This document shows positions 25,173 to 32,000 of a DNA stretch of 32,000 nt, piece after piece (position 1 is the first letter of the stretch; every line of letters begins with the position of its first letter). The notes under the pieces are model-generated. The model saw only the letters and a program-made list of their open reading frames with translations, did not search any database and had not been told where the DNA came from. This DNA is from Alkalilimnicola ehrlichii MLHE-1 (lineage in GTDB: Bacteria; Pseudomonadota; Gammaproteobacteria; Nitrococcales; Halorhodospiraceae): assembly GCF_000014785.1 (NCBI RefSeq), contig NC_008340.1:1350001-1382000 (forward strand), read 5' to 3'. A program made the translations under genes and the position numbers.

Positions 25173-26477
25173 ATGGTCATTCAGGGTATGCCTTTTGTGC
25201 CGGGCGAGGCGGCCGGCCGGATCACCTACGAACCTGCCGATGCTTCGGACAGCCATATCCTTGTGCTGCCCTACGCCGAGACCTTCTCCCTGGAGCGCAT
25301 CCCGGCCGGTCTGGTGGTGTTGGGCGGTGCTCCGCTGGCTCACCCCTTGATCCAATTGCAGCAGCTTGGTGTGCCCACGGTGCTGCTCCATGCCCGGCAG
25401 GGCGACGCCCTGCACCCCGGCGAGCACTTCCATTTGGACGGGACCAGCGGCGTGCTGAGCCCCGCCGCCGGTCGTCCGGAACGGAGCCAGGTTCAGAGGG
25501 TAGCCCGCCAGAGTGGGCGTGTTCGGACTCGCGACGGTGTGCCGGTGCATCTGCGCGCCACGGTGACGGGCGAGTTGGGGGCCCGGACCGCCCGCGATGT
25601 CGAGGCCGATGCCATCGGTCTGGTGCACAGCGAGTACCTCACGCCGGCCTTGGCGCGGATGCCCGATCAGGCCTACTACGAGAAGGCGTTCGGGGCGATC
25701 TGCCGGGCGGCGGAGCCGTTGCCGGTCACCGTACGGCTGCTGGATATCTCGGTGGACAAGAAGCCCGCCTGGTTGGGTGAGCTGGCCGGTCTGACCGGCC
25801 TGCTCGGCCTGCAAGGATCACGACTCTATGATATACCACCGGTCAAGAGCGTGGTGGAGGCCCAGGCGGCGGCGTTGGCCACGCTGGCCCGTCACTACGA
25901 GCTTCGGGTGGTGATCCCCTTTGTCAACAGTCCGGAGGAGTTCCGCCATTGGCGCAACCGCCTGCGCCGCTGGTTGCCGCCGGTCATCCCCCTGGGGCCC
26001 ATGGTGGAGACACCGGCGGCGGCGTTGTCACTGCAGCAGCTGGACGCCGTGGCTGACTTCGTCAGTATCGGTACCAACGACCTGATGCAGTGCTTCTTCG
26101 GGGCCGACCGCGATATCCCCCAGGTGGCCGGCCACCTGGACCCCTACGCCCCCTCGCTCTATCGCCTGCTGCAGGTGGCGACCCGGGACGTGAACGTCAC
26201 CCGGGTCCAGCTCTGTGGCTTGCTGCAGCAGTTGCCCGGGGTGTTGCCGGTCCTCATCGGACTGGGTTTCCGGCGCTTCAGCGTCAGCCCCCGGCTGGTG
26301 CCCCGGCTCTCCGAGGTGGTGGCCGCCACAGACAGCCGCAGGGCCTATGAGCAGGCCCAGCGGATCTGTACCGCCCGGGACAGTCAGGAGGTGCGGGCGC
26401 TGCTTGGCTTTGGGCCGGGCGGTGATGAGCCCGCCGTACCGTGGCAGGTGGGCGAGGTCCGGCTGGGCCTGCGTTAA
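25173..26477 (+). CDS. PEP-utilising enzyme-like protein: swivel His domain plus PEP-binding TIM barrel only
   Basis: Start at ATG 25173 (TTG 25143 is also possible). Mobile-domain His context VVLGGAPLAHPLIQLQQLGVP. Barrel motifs SIGTNDLMQCFFGADRD and VQLCGLLQ. No ATP-grasp or HPr-binding N-terminal domain. Confidence 0.78.
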   Translation: MVIQGMPFVPGEAAGRITYEPADASDSHILVLPYAETFSLERIPAGLVVLGGAPLAHPLIQLQQLGVPTVLLHARQGDALHPGEHFHLDGTSGVLSPAAGRPERSQVQRVARQSGRVRTRDGVPVHLRATVTGELGARTARDVEADAIGLVHSEYLTPALARMPDQAYYEKAFGAICRAAEPLPVTVRLLDISVDKKPAWLGELAGLTGLLGLQGSRLYDIPPVKSVVEAQAAALATLARHYELRVVIPFVNSPEEFRHWRNRLRRWLPPVIPLGPMVETPAAALSLQQLDAVADFVSIGTNDLMQCFFGADRDIPQVAGHLDPYAPSLYRLLQVATRDVNVTRVQLCGLLQQLPGVLPVLIGLGFRRFSVSPRLVPRLSEVVAATDSRRAYEQAQRICTARDSQEVRALLGFGPGGDEPAVPWQVGEVRLGLR

Positions 26478-26514
26478 CCGACTTGCGCCTCGGTCGTCCC
26501 GGGCCACCCGGTGA

Positions 26515-26727
26515 TCAGTCGCCCTGCCGGGTCGAAGGGCAGGGGGCCCCGCAGGGGGCACAGGCCGCGCTGCCCTCGCGCTGATTCAGGGTGGTCTCCA
26601 GGCCACCGACACCCAGGTTGGTCTTGAAGGTGGGGCTGGTGAAGTGGTCGGCCATCACGGCGCCCGTGACCAGGAGCAGGGCGGCCAGGACACGCCAGCG
26701 TTTGTACCCGCGGTTCGGTTCGCTCAC
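26515..26727 (-). CDS. Small membrane-anchored or secreted protein with a C-terminal CxxCxxxC motif (70 aa)
   Basis: GTG start 10 nt after the YeeE stop (TAAGGGGGGCGAAGTG). One hydrophobic helix (WRVLAALLLVTGAVMA). C-terminal SAACAPCGAPCPS. Nearly all codons end in G or C, as in the neighbouring genes. Confidence 0.55.
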   Translation of the reverse strand: MSEPNRGYKRWRVLAALLLVTGAVMADHFTSPTFKTNLGVGGLETTLNQREGSAACAPCGAPCPSTRQGD

Positions 26728-26737
26728 TTCGCCCCCC

Positions 26738-27961
26738 TTACCGATTGCTCAGGTTGAAGAAGGGGCGCAGGCGGATGCCGATCAGGGAGCCGACCCAGGC
26801 GGCGGCGAACCACACCCAGCCATGCAGGCTGGCCGAGGCGATGCCGCTGAACAGCGCGCCGATGTTGCAGCCGAAACCCAGGCGCGCACCATAGCCCATC
26901 AACAGACCGCCGAGAATGGCTGCCAGCAGTGAGCGGGGCGGTATCCGTCCGGCGCTCGCCTTGTTGTACTTGTTGGCCAGGCCGGCGGCCAGCATGGCGC
27001 CCAGGAACACCCCGAAGTTGGTCACCGAGGTCACATTCACCAGCACGCTGTCGCGCAGTGCCAGGGCGGGGTAGTCCCAGGTCCAGAATTCGAACTGGGC
27101 CAAATCGACGCCGACCGCCTGCAGGACCTTCGCCCCCCAAAGGCCGAAGGCAAAGGTGATGCCCCAGGGGTGACCGGAGAGCAATAGGATCGCAAGGTTC
27201 CCCAGGGCGAGGACCACCACCGCCCAGATCAGCGGCCATTGGCCGGTGAAAAAGGTCTGCAGCCACCCCTGGTCCGGGCCCGGACCGACGAACACCTTGC
27301 GCTCCACGTCGCCATGGTGACGCCGCTCCAGGTGGCTGATCCACGCCGTGAGGGCGGCGATCACCGCCAGTTGCACGCCGATGGCGCCGACCGGGCTGAG
27401 GCTGATGCTCAGGTTCACCGGATCGGCCCCCGGCTGATCCAGCCACCAGGGCAGGTGGAAGGTGCCCACCACTGAGCCGACGATGAAGAAGACCAGGGTT
27501 AGCACCATGCGGATGTTGCCGGCACCGACCGTGAACAGGGTACCGGAGCCGCAACCACCGCCCAACTGCATGCCGAGCCCGAACAGAAATGAGCCCAGCA
27601 CCAGCGAGACACCCACCGGCGCCAGTGCACCGGTCATGCTGCCGGCCTCGGCCCCGGCCAGCACCGGTACAAACAGCACCGTGGCCAGGGCCAGCAGGGC
27701 CAACTGCGCGCGCAACCCGGCACTGCGCCGCTCCACCACAAACCGGCGCCAGCCGCCGGTGAAGCCGAAGGCGCCGTGGTAGAGCGCCACCCCCAGCAGG
27801 CCGCCGATGAGGAAGAGGACGGCCATGAAGGGTGCCGTCTCCAGCCAGATCAGCCCGCCCAGCAGGGCGAAGCCCAGCAGTGCCGTGGCGACGATGAAAC
27901 GGTCGATCCCGCCCCGGTCCTCCTGGACTTGTGCGGTGACCGAGGTTGCGGTGCTTGCCAT
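26738..27961 (-). CDS. YeeE/YedE family sulfur-compound (thiosulfate) transporter
   Basis: 407 aa polytopic protein. Has the two conserved Cys loops of the family (QLGGGCGSGTLF and RLGFGCNIGALFSG). AGGAG Shine-Dalgarno 7 nt upstream. Confidence 0.88.
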   Translation of the reverse strand: MASTATSVTAQVQEDRGGIDRFIVATALLGFALLGGLIWLETAPFMAVLFLIGGLLGVALYHGAFGFTGGWRRFVVERRSAGLRAQLALLALATVLFVPVLAGAEAGSMTGALAPVGVSLVLGSFLFGLGMQLGGGCGSGTLFTVGAGNIRMVLTLVFFIVGSVVGTFHLPWWLDQPGADPVNLSISLSPVGAIGVQLAVIAALTAWISHLERRHHGDVERKVFVGPGPDQGWLQTFFTGQWPLIWAVVVLALGNLAILLLSGHPWGITFAFGLWGAKVLQAVGVDLAQFEFWTWDYPALALRDSVLVNVTSVTNFGVFLGAMLAAGLANKYNKASAGRIPPRSLLAAILGGLLMGYGARLGFGCNIGALFSGIASASLHGWVWFAAAWVGSLIGIRLRPFFNLSNR

Positions 27962-28039
27962 TCACTACTCCTGTGGCGAACGGTTCGCAGGGCGGGACCT
28001 GCGAACCGGGGAAAACGGTCTGTCGGGAGCGCCCTAGTT

Positions 28040-28999
28040 TTAGTTGAAGAAGCGCTCAATCAGTCGGGCCAGCCCCTGGCGCTCCACCTGCAGCGGGCGC
28101 TCGGCGTCGGCGCTCCACTCCACCATGGAGCCGTCGTACATCAGCACGTCGTCGTGACCGGCGATCTCGCTAAGCGCGAACCAACCCACGGAGGCCCAGT
28201 GCCCGGTGTTGCAGAAGGTGACGATCTCGCGCTGCGGATCAACGCCCGCCTCGGCCAGCAGTTGCTGCAGCCGTTGGCTGTCCACTGCGCGACCGGACTC
28301 ATCGACGATCAGGCGGGCCTCTTCCACATTCTTGGCCCCGGGGATGGTGCCGTGCGCCCGGGCCGCCGGATGCCCGCCGCGGCCCAGGTAGTGCGCCTGC
28401 GGCCGGTTGTCCACCAGCTGGGCGCCGCGCTCGCGCCACTCCAGTAGTCTTTCGGTGGTGCCAACCATCTCCGGTCGGAAATCCGCTGCGAAGTCGCTGC
28501 GCGGGCGTTCATGACCGCCGGTGGCCACCGGCAGCCCGGCCTCCTGCCAAGCGCGGAAGCCGCCGTTGAGGATGCTGACCCGGTCGTGGCCCAGGACCTT
28601 GAAGGTCCAGTAGATCCGGGCGGCGCTGCCGAAGTCCAGGCCATCAGTACCCGCAGCGGTGATCACCACATGGTCGTCGTTACTGATGCCCAGCTCGCGG
28701 ATCAGCCGCTCGAGCGATGCCACGTCCGGGAGCTGCGCGGGGACGCCCTGGCGCTCCGTGCGCCAGCCCGCCTTCAGGTAGTCGCTGTGGATGGCGCCCG
28801 GGATATGGCCCTCCAGGTAGGTGTCATGGCCACCGCCGTCCAGGGCGTTGCGGACATCCAGGACCACCAGGTCATCGCGCTCCAGTTGCCCCTGGAGCCA
28901 TTCGGGTTCCGCCAGCGGCCGCGCCTCCGGATCGCCCGCCCCGGCGTGGGGGGCCAGGGCCAAGAGGGCGGCGGCGAATAGGCTTGTCAGGATCTTCAT
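28040..28999 (-). CDS. Periplasmic tandem-rhodanese sulfurtransferase (thiosulfate/3-mercaptopyruvate sulfurtransferase family)
   Basis: 319 aa. Signal peptide MKILTSLFAAALLALAPHAGAG. Two rhodanese repeats. Active-site loop VTFCNTGHWAS in the second. Confidence 0.85.
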   Translation of the reverse strand: MKILTSLFAAALLALAPHAGAGDPEARPLAEPEWLQGQLERDDLVVLDVRNALDGGGHDTYLEGHIPGAIHSDYLKAGWRTERQGVPAQLPDVASLERLIRELGISNDDHVVITAAGTDGLDFGSAARIYWTFKVLGHDRVSILNGGFRAWQEAGLPVATGGHERPRSDFAADFRPEMVGTTERLLEWRERGAQLVDNRPQAHYLGRGGHPAARAHGTIPGAKNVEEARLIVDESGRAVDSQRLQQLLAEAGVDPQREIVTFCNTGHWASVGWFALSEIAGHDDVLMYDGSMVEWSADAERPLQVERQGLARLIERFFN

Positions 29000-29161
29000 G
29001 GTCGTCGTCCGAGCATTACCAAGTGTAATGGTTAGTTTATTTATAGATAAAAGTTTTTGTAACCAGCCTTGTTAGATCGATTATGAATTTGGTAAGGCAG
29101 TGACGCACTATCCAGGGGTGAGGCTGAGCGGCCGGCGACCAGGGGATGAGAGGGGGGGGGG

Positions 29162-29189
29162 GTGACAACATTCAAAAAAATTCTATAAT
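29162..29189 (+). promoter_or_regulatory. Sigma70-type promoter candidate for the disulfide reductase gene
   Basis: GTGACA, 16 nt (containing A7), then TATAAT at 29184-29189. About 68 nt upstream of ATG 29257. Lies in the only AT-rich island of this part of the window. Confidence 0.45.
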
Positions 29190-29256
29190 ATCGAACCAAC
29201 ACGACGCGGCCCCGGCCGTGACCGGAACAGACGTGGCCTGACCCCTAGGAGGGAAC

Positions 29257-30666
29257 ATGCGAGAGATTGAGGTCGATGTAGCGGTGATTGGCGCCGGCTC
29301 CGCCGGTTTGCGGGCTTATCGCAGTGCCGCCCAATACGCCAAACGGGTGGTGCTGATTGAGGGCGGTGACTACGGCACCACCTGCGCAAGGGTGGGGTGC
29401 ATGCCTAGTAAGCTCCTGATCGCGGCCGCCGAATCGGCGCATCATGCGCGCGGTGCTGCAAAGTTCGGGATCCGGGTGGCGGAACCCGAGGTGGACGGTC
29501 GGGCGGTGATGGAGCGGGTTCGCACCGAGCGCGACCGGTTCGTCGGCAAGGCCACGGCCGTGACGCAGAAGATCCCGGAGGCGGACCGGCTTCACGGGCA
29601 CGCCCGGTTCGAGGACCGGAACACCCTGCGGGTGGGGGATGATTTGCGGGTGCGCGCCGGCAGTGTGGTCATTGCCACCGGCTCACGGCCGCAGGTGCTG
29701 CCGATGTTCGAGGGGCTGGGTGACCGGTTGGTGGTGAATGACGACATCTTCGACTGGATGGACCTGCCCGAGTCGGTGGTGGTCTTCGGTCCCGGTGTGA
29801 TCGGACTGGAGCTGGGGCAGGCGCTGCAGCGGCTAGGGGTGCGGGTCCGGATGTTCGGCATCGGTGGTTTTGTCGGGCCGTTGACGGACCCCGACGTGAA
29901 GGCCATGGCGGAGCGTCACTTTCAGTCCGAGTTCCCGCTGGATGCGGACTCCCGTGTGGAGTCGGTGGCCCGGGAGGGCGACCAGGTGGTGGTCCGCTTC
30001 CGGGACGGGGAGGATGAGCTCCGGGAGGAGCACTTTGAGTACCTGTTGGCCGCCACCGGCCGGCGTCCGAACGTGGACCGGTTGGATATCGGCAATGCCG
30101 GGCTGGCGCTCGATGACCAGGGGCTGCCGGTCTTCGACCGCTATACCCTGCAGTGCGGCGACAGCAGCGTGTTCATCGCCGGTGACGCCAACAACCATCT
30201 GCCTCTGCTCCACGAGGCGGCCGATGAGGGCGTCATTGCCGGGCGGAACGCGGCCCGCTTCCCGGAGGTGGCGCCGGGACATCGGCACTGCCCGCTGAGC
30301 ATCGTCTTCACCGATCCGCAGATCGCGATGGTCGGCGATGCCCGTGCGGAGCTGGAAGAGGGCACCTATGCGGTGGGTGAACTGGATTTCAGCGCCCAGG
30401 CTCGGGCCAGGGTGATGGGCGAGGACCATGGTCTGATGCGGGTCTACGGCCGCTACTCGGACGGCCGGTTCTTGGGGGCGGAGATCTTCACACCCCGGGC
30501 GGAGCACATGGCCCATCTATTGGCCTGGTGCCGGGAACAGGGCCTGACCGTTGCCGAGATGATCGACAAGCCTTACTACCATCCGGTGCTTGAGGAGGGG
30601 TTGCGCAACGCCCTGCAGATGCTTCAGAGCCGTCTGGAACAGGGCCGAGGCCAGGTCCGGCCCTGA
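29257..30666 (+). CDS. Class I pyridine nucleotide-disulfide oxidoreductase (dihydrolipoyl dehydrogenase-like flavoprotein)
   Basis: 469 aa. FAD fold VAVIGAGSAGL. Redox-active disulfide GTTCARVGCMPSK. NAD fold VVVFGPGVIGLELG. C-terminal interface motif YYHPVLEEG. AGGAGG Shine-Dalgarno. Confidence 0.88.
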   Translation: MREIEVDVAVIGAGSAGLRAYRSAAQYAKRVVLIEGGDYGTTCARVGCMPSKLLIAAAESAHHARGAAKFGIRVAEPEVDGRAVMERVRTERDRFVGKATAVTQKIPEADRLHGHARFEDRNTLRVGDDLRVRAGSVVIATGSRPQVLPMFEGLGDRLVVNDDIFDWMDLPESVVVFGPGVIGLELGQALQRLGVRVRMFGIGGFVGPLTDPDVKAMAERHFQSEFPLDADSRVESVAREGDQVVVRFRDGEDELREEHFEYLLAATGRRPNVDRLDIGNAGLALDDQGLPVFDRYTLQCGDSSVFIAGDANNHLPLLHEAADEGVIAGRNAARFPEVAPGHRHCPLSIVFTDPQIAMVGDARAELEEGTYAVGELDFSAQARARVMGEDHGLMRVYGRYSDGRFLGAEIFTPRAEHMAHLLAWCREQGLTVAEMIDKPYYHPVLEEGLRNALQMLQSRLEQGRGQVRP

Positions 30667-30733
30667 TGGGGCGCCGGCGACCGGCCATCGGCATGACCCC
30701 CGCGCTGCGGGGGCGTCCGGTGGGTGGGGGGCG

Positions 30734-31207
30734 TCAGGCGAAGCCCGGCGGATTCCACTCGTCCATCATCTTGCGCCGCGCCGCATCCAGGCGCTCCGAC
30801 ATCAGACTGGCGAAGTGTTTGAGGATGGCGTAGCCCAGCCTCGGGTCCTTCTCGCAGTGCTGGCGGATGACCTCGCCCTCGAACTCCACCAGCCGGGTCG
30901 GTGCCTCGGCGCGTGCCTGGAAGGTCCATCGGTAGGGTGGGATCAGCCAGGACCAGCCCAGCACTTGGCCTGCCGTCAGGCTTTGTACCTCCAGTGTCGG
31001 CCCTTCAATGGCAGGGACCTCGATCACAATGTTGCCATCCTTGAGCAAATAAAAGTGACGGGCCGGATCGCCGTTGCTGAACAGCACCTCGTCCTTGTCC
31101 AGGGAGATCTCGCTGGCATGTTCGGCCAGCAGGTCCAGTACGGCATTGTCGAAATCGGAGAAGAAATCCTGATCGGCCAGGAATTGTTTGATCGCTGCTT
31201 TGGTCAC
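30734..31207 (-). CDS. Stand-alone cyclic-nucleotide-binding domain protein
   Basis: 157 aa. GTG start with AGGAGG 7 nt upstream. cNMP-binding beta-roll layout (FFSDFDNAVLDLLAEHASEISLDKDEVLFSNGDPARHFYLLKDGNIVIE...). No attached HTH or other output domain. Confidence 0.75.
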   Translation of the reverse strand: MTKAAIKQFLADQDFFSDFDNAVLDLLAEHASEISLDKDEVLFSNGDPARHFYLLKDGNIVIEVPAIEGPTLEVQSLTAGQVLGWSWLIPPYRWTFQARAEAPTRLVEFEGEVIRQHCEKDPRLGYAILKHFASLMSERLDAARRKMMDEWNPPGFA

Positions 31208-31475
31208 GGTGCTACCTCCTTGCCCGTCCGCCGCCGTTTGCGGTTATGGTTCGGGCCAGCCAGTGCCTTCTTATGATTCTTTAGAGCCCGCGGGCGACTT
31301 TGGTGTTCCCGCGGACCGACGTATTTTGTGCGGAGCACTGCCCCCAGCCTAGACTAAGCGGCGGGGCGTGTAACCCTGCACCGAGGCGGCAGATCAGCAC
31401 ACCGGCCCGACGCCCCGCGGGCGAAACGTAGGGTGGCTGCCGCCGGTGAGCGGCCGGTCAAACGGCGGGAGGCAG

Positions 31476-31784
31476 ATGATGAAAGTGACGGTGGATTTGT
31501 GCGTGATTCCCCTCGGGGCCGGGGTCTCTCTGGGCGGGTATATTGCCGCCTGTGAGCGGGTCCTGGAGGACGCCGGACTGAGCCACGAACTCCATCCCTA
31601 CGGCACCAATATCGAAGGCGAGTGGGACGCGGTCTTCGCCGCCGTCCGCCGTTGCCATGAGGTGGTGCACGACATGGGCGCCCCGCGGGTCTTTACCACC
31701 CTCAAAGTGGGCACCCGCACCGATCGGGACCAGTCCCTGCAGGACAAGGTGGCGAGTGTGCATCGCCATCTGGGCCAGGCATGA
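31476..31784 (+). CDS. MTH1187/YkoF (DUF77) family thiamine-binding-like protein
   Basis: MMKVTVDLCVIPLGAGVSLGGYIAACERVLEDAGLSHELHPYGTNIEGEWDAV... is the family layout. GGGAGG precedes the two ATGs at 31476 and 31479. Confidence 0.75.
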   Translation: MMKVTVDLCVIPLGAGVSLGGYIAACERVLEDAGLSHELHPYGTNIEGEWDAVFAAVRRCHEVVHDMGAPRVFTTLKVGTRTDRDQSLQDKVASVHRHLGQA

Positions 31785-32000
31785 GGGTGTTCCGCACCCT
31801 TTTCCCCGCGGAAAGCCGGCGCCTGCCCGCTCAGCGTTGGGTCAACATCGGGCTGCGCTCTCTGCACCTGATGGGGACGGCCGGACTCGGCGGCGCCTAC
31901 CTCTATGAGGCGCCGCAGGCGGCCTGGTTGCCCTATTTCTGGCTGACCATGGTGTCCGGGGTGTTGATGGCGGCTATCCACATCTGGAACAACGGGATCT
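31781..32000 (+). CDS. Membrane protein of unknown function, 5' part only (runs off the window)
   Basis: Own translation: MRVFRTLFPAESRRLPAQRWVNIGLRSLHLMGTAGLGGAYLYEAPQAAWLPYFWLTMVSGVLMAAIHIWNNGI. ATG overlaps the previous stop (ATGA at 31781-31784). No stop before the edge. Confidence 0.5.
   Translation, partial: MRVFRTLFPAESRRLPAQRWVNIGLRSLHLMGTAGLGGAYLYEAPQAAWLPYFWLTMVSGVLMAAIHIWNNGI

Noticed and set aside
26724-27965. Alternative 413-aa reading frame over the YeeE locus
   Set aside because: The product is Arg/Gly/Pro-rich with no membrane helices. The neighbouring frame (26738-27961) gives a polytopic protein with both YeeE Cys loops and a good AGGAG Shine-Dalgarno.
30697-30713. Hairpin CCCCCGC-gct-GCGGGGG between the convergent reductase and cNMP genes, and GGTGCGG...CCGCACC at about 10127-10150, as intrinsic terminators
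   Set aside because: The stems are short (7 bp) and neither is followed by a T-run on either strand. They may still pause or terminate transcription, but the sequence alone does not support a terminator call.
31340-31475. TPP (THI-box) riboswitch in front of the YkoF-like gene
   Set aside because: Fragments resembling ACCC..., ...GATCAG... and CGTAGGG are present. The invariant CUGAGA junction and the GAACCUGAUC...AAUACC...GCG core are not, and the order and spacing do not fit. I do not call a riboswitch.
1-32000. Mobile element, prophage, genomic island or anti-phage defence island
   Set aside because: I found no integrase, transposase, recombinase, phage structural gene, toxin-antitoxin gene, restriction gene, tRNA attachment site or flanking direct repeats. 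GC content and codon style look uniform, apart from short AT-rich promoter islands. The JAMM/E1 pair lacks an E2 and carries a rhodanese domain. That points to sulfur transfer rather than a Bil/CBASS-type conjugation defence system.

Overview
High-GC proteobacterial chromosome, gammaproteobacterial in gene content and possibly from a halophilic sulfur-oxidiser lineage (inference only). It is densely coding, mostly in short operons with overlapping start and stop codons. I saw no rRNA, tRNA, CRISPR, transposase, integrase or phage genes.

Gene content, left to right:
- A soluble MCP that runs off the left edge.
- An mrcB (PBP1B) / LpoP-like lipoprotein / YoaA-DinG helicase / DUF1992 operon.
- A BNR-repeat propeller.
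- A JAMM protease gene overlapping a gene for a CysO-like Ubl, rhodanese and E1 fused in one chain.
- A cytochrome c' plus diheme cytochrome c pair.
- A six-gene overlapping minus-strand operon: small membrane protein, degenerate GGDEF, EamA, RuBisCO-like protein, cupin, CorC.
- rraA, hslR and a small acidic protein.
- A ~620-bp array of a ~92-bp palindromic repeat.
- A lone dnaE2 behind a perfect LexA box.
- A Bcr/CflA MFS pump and a truncated EI-like PEP-utilising protein.
- A periplasmic rhodanese / YeeE / small Cys-motif protein operon, divergent from a flavoprotein disulfide reductase.
- A stand-alone cNMP-binding protein, a YkoF/MTH1187-like protein and a partial membrane protein.

Best candidates for under-described biology:
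1. The JAMM plus Ubl-rhodanese-E1 polyprotein module, which has no acceptor enzyme nearby.
2. The RLP-cupin operon, wired to an exporter and a c-di-GMP-receptor-like protein.
3. The YeeE/rhodanese locus, where a novel small Cys-motif protein sits in the slot usually held by a TusA/YeeD-type partner.

All family calls come from motif recognition by eye. No database search was run.
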